Source: Eledone cirrhosa
Lineage: Eukaryota
DNA length: 64,000 nt
Direction of reading: 5' to 3'
NCBI GenBank assembly: GCA_964016885.1
Contig: OZ024758.1
Coordinates: forward strand, 28,396,001 to 28,460,000
The first letter of the stretch is position 1. Each line of letters starts with the position of its first letter. Below the pieces are notes generated by a model. That model did no database searches, was not told where the DNA came from, and worked only from the letters and a program-made list of their open reading frames with translations. The translations under genes and the position numbers were made by a program. Positions 53,569 through 64,000 of the stretch are shown here, one piece after another.

Positions 53569-53620
53569 GTACTCCTGAAGAAGGGCTAAAACCCGATATG
53601 TCAAACTCTTTATTGAGTGC
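53569..53620 (+). ncRNA. Degenerate type I hammerhead (GAAA changed to GATA)
   Basis: GTACTC-CTGAAGA-agggctaaaaccc-GATA...TT-GAGTGC. Confidence 0.5.
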
Positions 53621-53715
53621 TCTATATCAGTTATAAACATTTATGTTTGTCGGAATTCCAACAAATTAAATACAACTTCTACATATATATGTATATGTAT
53701 ATATATACATATATA

Positions 53716-54607
53716 CAGGGTGTGGACGATATTTGTTCGCAATTTTCAACTGTTAATTTTATGCAATTTTTTTTTACTTCCATTGTCACTCTTGTCTTCA
53801 TAAAAACAGTGACTATATTGCCATTATTTATTTTCAGAATAATTGATTATGAATAATTTTGAACCTCCAAATTTGTGGAAGAGACACGGAGTTCTTCTTG
53901 GAATCCGCACCGCGAGGAGAAATAAGACCAGAAGATCAACTCCCAGAACAACAGGTGGCTCGCTGTCTCATCCAAAGACCTGCCCAGAGTGATGCAGACA
54001 AAGTTTCCAGCAACAACGTTGGTCTTAGGTGTCATCAGCAGTCAAGGTGACATCATGCCACCTAACTTCTTCCCCGAGAGCCTCAAGCTGAACACCGATG
54101 GCTACATCCGCGTTCTGAGCGAGGTAGTAAAGCCCTGGATCGACCAGGTAGCTGCAGGTAGGCCGTACGTGTGGCAGCAAGATTCAGCGCCCTGCCATAC
54201 CAGCCAAAAGACCCAAGCCTGGCTGTCAGAGAACTTTGTCGACCATACTTCACCTGACATCTGGCCTCCCAGCTCGCCTGACTGCAACCCCCTCGACTTC
54301 TTTGTGAGGAGCGCAGTGGAACGAGACACCAACAGATCTAGCTGCAATACGAAAGATTATCTGAGGGTCAGGATCACATGTGCCTTTAGGGGCCTAAGTC
54401 GGGGGACAGTGACGAAGGCCTGTAGCCAGTTCCGAGCCCGCCTTGAGGCCATCATCAAAGCCAATGGCAGGTTTATCGAGTGAGATCGAAAGAAGAAGTC
54501 ATGAAGACAAACTGACCCAAGTTTGATAAATATATCTTAAAAAATAAAACTACTGTGTTATTTTTTCCTAGACAGTAATCTTGTGAACAAATATTGTCTG
54601 CACCCTG
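53716..54607 (+). mobile_element. DD37D (maT) transposon, internally deleted copy
   Basis: Same TIRs and sequence as 14057-15352; about 400 bp missing at ~53925. Confidence 0.92.
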
Positions 54608-54664
54608 TGTATATATATATATATGTACATTTTATATATATATGTGCATTTATTGAACGAACCG

Positions 54665-57001
54665 CCAAGCATAAGTTAGTTGTTAGTGACATCTCAATAA
54701 GCAAGAGACAAAATGAGACATACAGGAAGGTATGGAAGAGGAAGGTTTGGAAGCTAAAAGACCTTTTACTAAAATACAAATTTAAGAAAGCCCTTCAAGA
54801 TGTGTATGACGGAAAAAAAGGTGAGTTAGAATCGTATGACATAGATGATAACTGGAATTTCTTATGTGACAACTTACTGCAGGCTACTGAAGAAACTTGT
54901 GGCTGGAGCTCTGCTCCAGCCAGACAGAGAGTGACCTGGTGGTGGAACAACACGGTAGATAGGGCCATTAAAGGCAAAAGACTAGCATGTTACACTTGGA
55001 AAATTGTGGGAGTAGAGAAGGATATACAGCCGCTAAAAGTGAAGCTAGACGTCAGGTTTACTTAACATGCAGGGAAGCTGAGAGTAGGAGAGTTTGCCAA
55101 TGTTCTGCGACAGGAAGATCAGAGGCGTGTGGTGTTCCACATTGCAAGGCAGTGTGGCAATGTAAATCAGGATGTTGTTGGAGAAACGTGTGTCCAAAAT
55201 GATGCTGGTGTACTTAGTGTCACTGATGTTCAGAAAAAGGAGGCATAGAAATGTCACTGATGAATATTGAGAACGAATGGGAGAGAGAGAAATTACCCTC
55301 AGTAGATCCAACAGAGGGACCAGCTATTGATATTGACGACTATAGGGTCAAAGAAGCAATTAAAGAAATGAAAAGTGGTAAGGCTGCTGGACCATCAGGG
55401 ATAGTTGCTGAGATGCTGAAGGCATCAGGAGAAGTAGGAACTAAACTGGTTGCACACATCGTCAATCAAGCTACATATGTTAGAGTCATACCCAAAGACT
55501 GGTGTAGCAGTATTTGTATAAATTGCTACAAAGGTAAAGGGGATGCTCTGGAGAGGAGCAATTATAGGGGCATAAAACTGATGGATCAGGTTATGAAAGT
55601 GGCAGAAAGAATGCTAGCACAACTAATTAGAGAAAGGGTCAAATTAGATGAGATGCAGTTTGATTTTATGCCTGGGAAAAGTACAACAGATGCCCTCTTC
55701 TTAGTGAGACAATTACAAGAGAGTTCTTAGAGAAGAATAAGCCACTATACTTCGCTTTTGTTGACCTAGAGAAGGCCTATGATAGAGTACTCCAATCTGT
55801 CATCTGGTGGTCCCTAAGGAAACTAGGTGTCGAGGAATGGTTTGTGAGGACAGTGCAAGCTATGTGCAGGGGTGCTGTCAGTAAAGTCAGGGTAGGAATG
55901 GAGTTTAGTGAGGAATTCCAGACATAAGTAGGAGTACATCAGGGTTCAGTCCTCAGCCCGCTCTTGTTCATTATAGTCCTCCAAGCCATAACAGAGGAGT
56001 TTAAGACTGGTTGCCCATGGGTACTTCTCTATGCTGATGATCTGGTACTTATAGCAGAATCAGTAGAGGAGCTAGAGAATAAATTCTGGCTATGGAAACA
56101 GCAGTTGGAATGAAGAGGACTGAGAGTGAACCTAGCTAAGACTAAAGTGTTGATAAGTAGAAAAAAGGACAAAACTCTGATTCCACCAGGGAAAAGGCCA
56201 TGTTTGATATGTAGAAAAGGAGTGGTATAAATTCTATAAAGTGTACACAATGAAGATCTTGGGTACACAAGAGATGTAGTGGGATAGCAGGCAAACTAAC
56301 AGTTAGGGAAAACTATATAAGCAGTAGATGTACAGGGAAATTTGACAGTAGAAGTTGCAGTGATAGACACATTTTTCAAATGCAGGTAGGATCTACAGAG
56401 GTGGTTGATAGCTTCCGGTACCTAGGAGATCAGATTAGCATGGGAGGAGGGTGTTCCGAGGCCATAGTATCTAGAATAAGGACGGGTTGGAAGAAGTTTA
56501 GGGAGCTGCTTCCTCTGCTGACGAAGAAGGGTTTCTCCCTGCAAACGAAAGGCCGGTTATATGGTGCTTGTGTGAGGAGCGTGATGCTGCATGGTAGTGA
56601 GACATGGGCAGCAACTGCAGAGGATATGCGATGGCTGGAGAGAAAAGAGGCAAGCATGCTTCATTGGATGTGCAATGTCAATGTGCGTGAACGACCCAGC
56701 ATGGATGTGTTGAGAGAGAAACTGTGTATAAGAGGGATAAGTTGTAGTGTGCGGGAGAGAAGACTGTATTGGTATGACATGTGATGCACTTGGAGGATGA
56801 CCGCTGGGTAAAGCAGTGCCATGAAATCCCAGTAGAAGGAAGACGCAGTAGAGGAAGACCCAATAGAGGAAGACCAGGTGGTGAGAGCTGATCTCAGATC
56901 GCTGAAGCTCACAGAGGAGATGACAAAGGACCGTGACAAATGGAGAGATGCCGTGCCACTCTTGCAAGCAGGGAGAAGCAGACGTAATATGATGATGATG
57001 A
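54665..57001 (+). mobile_element. RTE LINE, 5'-truncated, pseudogenised ORF
   Basis: YKGKGDALERSNYRGIKL, FVDLEKAYDRV, VGVHQGSVLSPLLF, LLYADDL, RYLG; many stops; (GAT)n tail. Confidence 0.93.
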
Positions 57002-57554
57002 TTTATATATATATATATATGTATATATATATGTATATATATATGTACATATATATATATATATATATATATGTGTGTACATATATGTATATATATATAT
57101 GTACACACATATATGTACATATATATGTATGCACATATATATATATACATATATATATATAGGATTTAAGTTTTATTGTAGCACAATAAAGCAATGTAAA
57201 TATTTTTCTTTATTCATAAACATCACCATTCATAAACCTCATTAACTTTTAATTTCAAATTCTTTTTAAATTATTCATTATCTTTCAACGGTTTTTTAAT
57301 TTCTCTCTGTGAGACAATGTTTTCTCAGTTGTAAAGGCTTCTCTCTCTCTATCACTCATTTCTCCTCCTCTCTCATCCTTCCTTCTTATACTCCTCCCCC
57401 GTCATCCTTTATTTTCTTTCTTCCTCAACTTTTCCTACCCCCCCCCCCCCTCCTTTTTTCCCAATCTCATATATCCATCTTACTTTATTTTTCATATGTT
57501 GATTTAACACTTCACTGCTCGCAAGTGTTTTTTAAGCTTCATATCATGTCTCCC

Positions 57555-57625
57555 TATTTTATCTGATGAGAACACAAATATCATCCCATGATGATATTTG
57601 TTTTTGAAATGCGCATAATAAAATA
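57555..57625 (+). ncRNA. Minimal type I hammerhead ribozyme, intact core
   Basis: TATTTTAT-CTGATGA-[16-bp stem II]-GAAA-T GCGC A-TA-ATAAAATA; perfect 8-bp stem I; palindromic loop 3. Confidence 0.8.
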
Positions 57626-57691
57626 CTTGGAACTCTCTTAACCATCTTTTGATCTTATATTATATATATATATAATAAGTAAATACATAGT

Positions 57692-58076
57692 AAAACCTAC
57701 TACAGTCAGTAGGCATTTCTAACAAAATACACCCCCGTCCCACCACCCCCACCCCATCCACACCGCCCCCTTCTATGTAAAGTTATGTTGGTGCCACACC
57801 ATCCAGGCCGAAACAAATGAGATCGTGTAGGTGTCACGACAAAAAAACACACAGTCCACGCTGTAATGTGGCCGTGTAGGTAACACGGTAAAAACCTCCC
57901 AGACCCACACTGTAATGTGGTTGGTGTTATGAAGGGCATCCAACTGTAGAAAACCTGCCAGACAGTCCTATGCGAGCAAGACAATCACTCTTGCCTCAAG
58001 TGGGAAAACCCCCGTCCAAACCCATGCAAGCGTGGAACACGGACGTTAAACGTTGATGATGATGATGATGATGATG
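57692..58076 (+). mobile_element. RTE LINE 3' UTR fragment
   Basis: Homologous to 30560-31200 and 60368-60750, with a single 37-bp unit. Confidence 0.85.
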
Positions 58077-58161
58077 AATAAGGGTTGACGGACCCGTCAT
58101 ATTTATCAATGCCAGTATATATATATATATATGTAGAAGTAGTAACACAACAGTGAGTTCA

Positions 58162-58212
58162 CCATACTGAGAACAATTGTTTCAACTTATGCAGATCTTC
58201 AGCTCATACTGG
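58162..58212 (-). ncRNA. Minimal hammerhead-like motif (weak stem II)
   Basis: Minus strand ccagtaTGAG-CTGAAGA-tctgcataagtt-GAAA-C AATT G-TT-CTCAgtatgg. Confidence 0.55.
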
Positions 58213-58287
58213 TCATGGTTATACAGAACAGGAAGAAGGATCTTCCTGTTCCAGTCGGAGCTGAAATTCGCATAAAGATCAGCCATC

Positions 58288-58665
58288 TATTTAAAGCTGT
58301 ATACAGCTATGGTACGACCACACTTGGAATTTGCATCATCAGTCTGGAACCCCTATCTTGCTCAGAACATTGACCTCCTGGAAACTGTTCAGAGACGTGC
58401 AACCAAGCGCTTGCCCTCCACCAGGGATCTACCATACTCTGAACGCCTTGCTTCCCTGGGCATGGATTCATTGAAGCTCCGACGTCTGGCAACTGACTTG
58501 GTAAATACCCACAAAGTTATTAACCATCTTGCCAACAACAACCCTGAGTACCTTTTTGATCTCCATGTGTCTAACACACGTGGACATGCCTACAAAGTCA
58601 GAAAACAGCTCCCATGACTTTCGTAAACATATTTTCATGTTCAGAGTTGCTGAAGCATGGAACAA
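58288..58665 (+). mobile_element. CR1-clade LINE ORF2 C-terminal fragment
   Basis: VRPHLEFASSVWNPY..LETVQRRATK..YSERL..TRGH. Confidence 0.88.
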
Positions 58666-58688
58666 ATATATATATATACATATAGATA

Positions 58689-58804
58689 GGAGGCACATGG
58701 CTTAGTGGTTAGAGCATTGGCCTTGCAATTGAAAGGTTGTGAGTTCAATTCTCAGACCGGGTGATGTGTTGTTTCCTTGAGCAAGAGACTTTATTTCACA
58801 TTGC
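58689..58804 (+). mobile_element. CORE-type SINE 5' part
   Basis: Matches 29795-29910. Confidence 0.85.
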
Positions 58805-58834
58805 GAGTCACATACGACCTACCATACATCTTGC

Positions 58835-59252
58835 TTATATATACATGTATGTACGTATATGTATATATATATATATACATGTATGTACGTATATGTATAT
58901 ATATATATATATATACATGTATGTACGTATATGTATATATATATATATACGTATATGTATATATATACGTACATACATGTATATATATATATATACGTAC
59001 ATACATGTATATATATATATATACGTACATACATGTATATATATATATATGTACATACATGTATATATATATATATGTACATACATGTATATATATATAT
59101 ATGTACATACATGTATATATATATATGTACATACATGTATATATATATATGTACATACATGTATATATATATGTTCATACATGTATATATATATGTTCAT
59201 ACATGTATATATATATATATGTACATACATGTATATATATATATATATATGT

Positions 59253-59297
<45 letters not shown>

Positions 59298-59387
59298 CGT
59301 ACATACATGTATATATATATATACGTACATACATGTATATATATATGTTCATACATGTATATATATATATATATATGTACATACGTG

Positions 59388-59419
<32 letters not shown>

Positions 59420-59422
59420 CGT

Positions 59423-59456
<34 letters not shown>

Positions 59457-59460
59457 ACGT

Positions 59461-59503
<43 letters not shown>

Positions 59504-59564
59504 CGTACATACATGTATATATATATATACGTACATACATGTATATATATATATACATATACGT

Positions 59565-59632
<68 letters not shown>

Positions 59633-59864
59633 ACTATGAGTGGTTACACACTTGTAAAAATTATCTCCTGTGATTATTCATGTTTATTTATATGTTAATC
59701 AATTTCTAGTTATTATAAAATGCTCGGACCCACTCGTTAGAATCTTAGAGCTTATTTTGCAGGTGATATGGTGCATGTCTCTCTGGCACGACACCCATAA
59801 TTTTGATTTAGATTAAATTCATTTGAGTTATCTTAATTTTGGATATAGATATATATATATATAT

Positions 59865-59913
<49 letters not shown>

Positions 59914-60275
59914 TACATGTATATATATATATGTACATATACATACATGTATATATATATATATATGTACATATACATACATGTATATATATATATATGT
60001 ACATATACATACATGTATATATATATATATGTACATATACATACATGTATATATATATATATGTACATATACATACATGTATATATATATATGTACATAT
60101 ACATACATGTATATATATATATATGTACATATACATACATGTATATATATATATATGTACATATACATACATGTATATATATATATGTACATATACATAC
60201 ATGTATATATATATATATGTACATATACATGTATATATATATATATGTACATATACATGTATACACACACACACC

Positions 60276-60310
<35 letters not shown>

Positions 60311-60368
60311 GTACATATATATATATATGTGTGTATATATATATGTGCATTTATATATATATATATAT
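58835..60368. repeat. Two compound TA/GTACATACAT micro- and minisatellite tracts (58835-59630, 59850-60368)
   Basis: Read directly. Confidence 0.93.
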
Positions 60369-61328
60369 CATCATCATCATCGTTTAACGTCCATCTTCCC
60401 CGCTAGCATGGGTCTGGACGGGAATTGTTCCACTTGAGGCAAGATTGGTTGTCTTGCTCGTATAGGACTGTCTGGTGGGTTTTCTACGGCTGGATGCCCT
60501 TCCTAACACCAACCACGTTTACAGTGTGGACTGGGAGGTTTTTACCGTGTTACCTATACGGCCACATTACAGCGTGGACTGTGTGTTTTTTTGTCGTGAC
60601 ACCTACACGACCTCATTTATTTAGGACTGGATGTTGTGGTACCAACATAGCTTTACATCGAAAGGGATGGTGTAGATGGTGGTGGGGGTAGGGGTAGTGG
60701 GACGGGGGTGTATTTTGGCTAAGAGGTGCCTACTGACTGTAGGTTTCGCTTTGTACTTAGGCAAGGCAGGTCTTCTGTATTACTGTGTAGCGCCAAAGAT
60801 CTCGGTCCAGTGACATTGTCTTGGAGAGGTGTAAGTGTGTGAGGTCGGATTTTATCAAGTCATCCCATGTTTTTCTGGGTCTGCCTACTTCGTAGCTACC
60901 GTCTATTTTCATCGCCCTGCACTTTTTTTATACAGCTGTCATCTTTCATGCACATCACGTGACCATACCAACGTAGTCTTCTCTCAAGTAAACAACATCT
61001 GATCCCTCTTATTCCTAATTTCTCACTTAGTTCATTTATGCTTTGCCGTTCGTGTATATTACTATTACACATCCAACGGAGCATGCAAGCTTCATTCCTC
61101 TCCAGTCTGCGTAGATCCTCTGCACACAAGGCCCATGTCTCACTGCCATGTAACATCACTGTTCGTATGCAGGCATCATACAGCCTGCCTTTTATTTTTA
61201 GAGAGAAACCTTTAGCGGCCAATAGTGGTATAGGCTCTCTGAACTTTTTCCATCCTGTTCGGACTCTAGCTACAGTACTTTCGGAGCAACCTCCACCACT
61301 ACTGATTTTGTCACCCAGGTAACGGAAG
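60368..61328 (-). mobile_element. RTE LINE 3' 1 kb
   Basis: [42 protein letters not shown]; 3' UTR and (GAT)n tail. Confidence 0.92.
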
Positions 61329-61353
61329 GTAATGATAAAGGGTTAAGATTTAA

Positions 61354-61576
61354 CCCTTTATCATTTACATTACTATATATGTATACTATTGTATTTTTGT
61401 GGTAAAGGCTTTACCTCACATAATTATCTCACATAATATCGAATCTACAAGAGTTTGATATTATTTATTTTGAGAACAATCCCTTAACCTCAGTATGAGC
61501 TGCTGGTTATGGCCAGTTTGAACAGAAAGAGGTGAGAGAATTCTGGCCGGATACAGCCAGTTTAAATGCGAAAGGG
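61354..61576. mobile_element. piggyBac-like MITE
   Basis: TTAA-CCCTTT...AAAGGG-TTAA. Confidence 0.85.
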
Positions 61577-61855
61577 TTAAATGTAAAATTAATGTATTCC
61601 TTTAAGTTTATATATTGGTTTGTATATGAAATAAAATATACCAAACAACTCAAAGGTTAAAGTTTTGTAAGAAACTAGAATTAGAAATTTATAAACATTT
61701 TTCCTTCAAAAAAGCCATATAGAAATCTCTCAGCTATATTTATCTTTACGAGTAGAAGTTATTTTAACATTCCCACATCCAACAAAATACCCAAGTAATA
61801 AATGAGATAAAATGTAATATCACCATATCACCATTTTAAAATGAAGTGAAAGGTG

Positions 61856-61907
<52 letters not shown>

Positions 61908-62929
61908 CTTGCTATGTTGGAAATTTTTAACCCTTTCATTACCATATTTCTAATGAAATACATGTATTTCAATTAATCAATGAAGATTTTAGGGGGATTT
62001 ATTGGAATTATTGATTATTTCCTGATTAAGATAGTGTTTTTAACAAATGGCTCTTATATAAAATTATATTGGGATATTTTTATTTAAATAGGAACCCTTT
62101 AAAACGAGTGGTTTGGAGTGGGAAATAACTAAAATCTGCTTCAGAGTTTGAAAATATTTTTAACTGAAATGTGATCATTATCAACATCATCTATATTTTA
62201 TGATAGATTGCACAAATCGATATTTTTATGCATATACATCCTCTCTCGGTCTATAGCGACTACCTTTTAAACATTTAAGTTATCTAAATAGTTTTGTTTA
62301 AACTATATATTGATGTGATATATTGAATCAATTATTTGGATTTGTGTGATCAGAAGTCTCCATCTATAGATCAAGTAAAATCATCAGAAATAAGAATTAA
62401 AACACTTGTGCCTTAATCTGGAAATTTGAACAATACTATTTTGATAACTAACAATTACAGTGAAATTGAACTGATAAACTTCCTATTCAGGGATGGAGCT
62501 AAATCACAAATACCCTCTCTCACCCACCCCACACACACATGCAAACATACACACACACACACACACACACAGACACACACATATTACTGAGTTTTGATGG
62601 GAAAGAAGTAGAGATAAATACTTTTACAAAATTTCACCTCAACAGGCAAAGAATCCTTTAATTATTAACTGATAAAAGTATTGGAATGAAAATTCTGTGT
62701 GTTTTGTTACATATGCACTCTTCATATGTGTGTGTTTGTGAGTGTGTATGTGTAAAGTAGAAGTGCTGGTGCTATGATAAAATACATTGAGTATGCACTG
62801 AAAAATGACTGGTGTTAGGAAGCGCATCCAACTGTAGAAACCATGCCAAAATATGGACCATATGAGCCTGATGCAAATCTCTGACTTGTCAACTCATCCA
62901 ACATAGAAGGCAGACATAAAATGCTGATG

Positions 62930-62967
<38 letters not shown>

Positions 62968-63063
62968 GTGTCAGAAAAGTTCCAGGACTGATGTCACAAA
63001 AGATTTATTTCAAACCCAAACTTCACTTAGTATGTATGTGTATGGAAATAGGTATAAGTATGT

Positions 63064-63102
<39 letters not shown>

Positions 63103-63436
63103 TAAATCTACCAAAATACCATATATGTAGATAAATCTACCAAAATAAAACAGTAGTGTCCAATCCAATCATTTCTAAAGATGGCATGTATATGTGAAGG
63201 TATGTTTATCTCCTTGGATAATTTGTAATTTTTTTACATAGATCTTTAACATGATATACATACCAACACACATATATATCCCAGAAACGATCGTAAAATG
63301 ATGAATTTTTCAATATAAGAAACCTGTTCTTTGTTTTTATTTCATTGTTTTTATTAATTTATATAGTAATACAGGGTACCCGACCTCCCATGGGTACATG
63401 CTGAAGCATATAAACAATATGCCCCCCCCCCCCCCC

Positions 63437-63706
63437 ACCGCAAGGTGGTCGTGGAGGTGCCACGGCAAAAAAGCACCCAGCCCACACTGTAAAGTGGACG
63501 TGTAGGCGCCACGAAAAAGCACCCAGCACTCACTGTAAATGAGGTTGGTGTTAGGAAGGGCATCCAGCTGTAGAAATCAAGCCAGATCAGTTCCTGTATG
63601 AGCAAGGCATGGTCAGCCGACCAGACACTGCCCACAACAGGACAACCCGTCTAACCCATGCTAGCGTGGAAGAACGGACGTAAAACGGTGATGATGATGA
63701 TGATGA
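63437..63706 (+). mobile_element. CORE-type SINE 3' half
   Basis: Matches the reverse complement of 3430-3750. Confidence 0.85.
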
Positions 63707-64000
63707 TATATATATATTCAGTTGATGAAAGTTGGTTGATCAAAAGATCCGCCGACTTTTTCATAAACGAATGTGATGTACTCTACGGTTTGTATTCCTT
63801 AAGATTTTCTCTGTAAGGTATCACTCGGAGTTTTAGTATAATAAGTGAGAGAGTGGGTAGTTATTATATAACTACCTTTGCATCTTTGAAATACGTGTAA
63901 TGGAATTAGATAATAAAATGAAGATGTACAAATAAAACTGTTGCTCTTATTATATTATATACATATATAATATATACATGGTTGGCGATAGGAAGGGCAT

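Noticed and set aside
63716-63772. Pre-miRNA-like hairpin
   Set aside because: It is short and imperfect, with no recognisable mature miRNA; such hairpins are common here.

Overview
AT-rich, repeat-dense eukaryotic DNA. The SINE repertoire (CORE-type and MetaSINE-type tRNA-derived SINEs, RTE LINEs with (GAT)n tails) points to an octopod cephalopod; this is an inference. The only host gene I can support is CADPS/CAPS (calcium-dependent secretion activator) on the minus strand. It has two confident exons (10786-10631 and 2196-2085) that splice in frame. The expected preceding exon (YVDLMESSIAQSIH-type) was not found, so 10787-64000 is probably one intron of more than 53 kb, with a 200-N gap at 40453-40652. 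That interval holds candidate frame-preserving cassette exons (18 nt and 48 nt), a recursive-splice-like CAG|GTAAGT site and an RBFOX motif cluster. The most striking non-coding signal is six unrelated type I hammerhead-ribozyme-like loci, two with intact cores, several in inverted (Penelope-like) fold-backs. Other content: an 89-copy 71-bp minisatellite, two DD37D (maT) Tc1/mariner copies, piggyBac-, hAT- and Tigger-like MITEs, RTE, CR1, Vingi and CRE LINE fragments, and very long microsatellites. Nearly all ORFs in the supplied track are repeat or transposon artefacts. Repeat boundaries were read by eye and are approximate.
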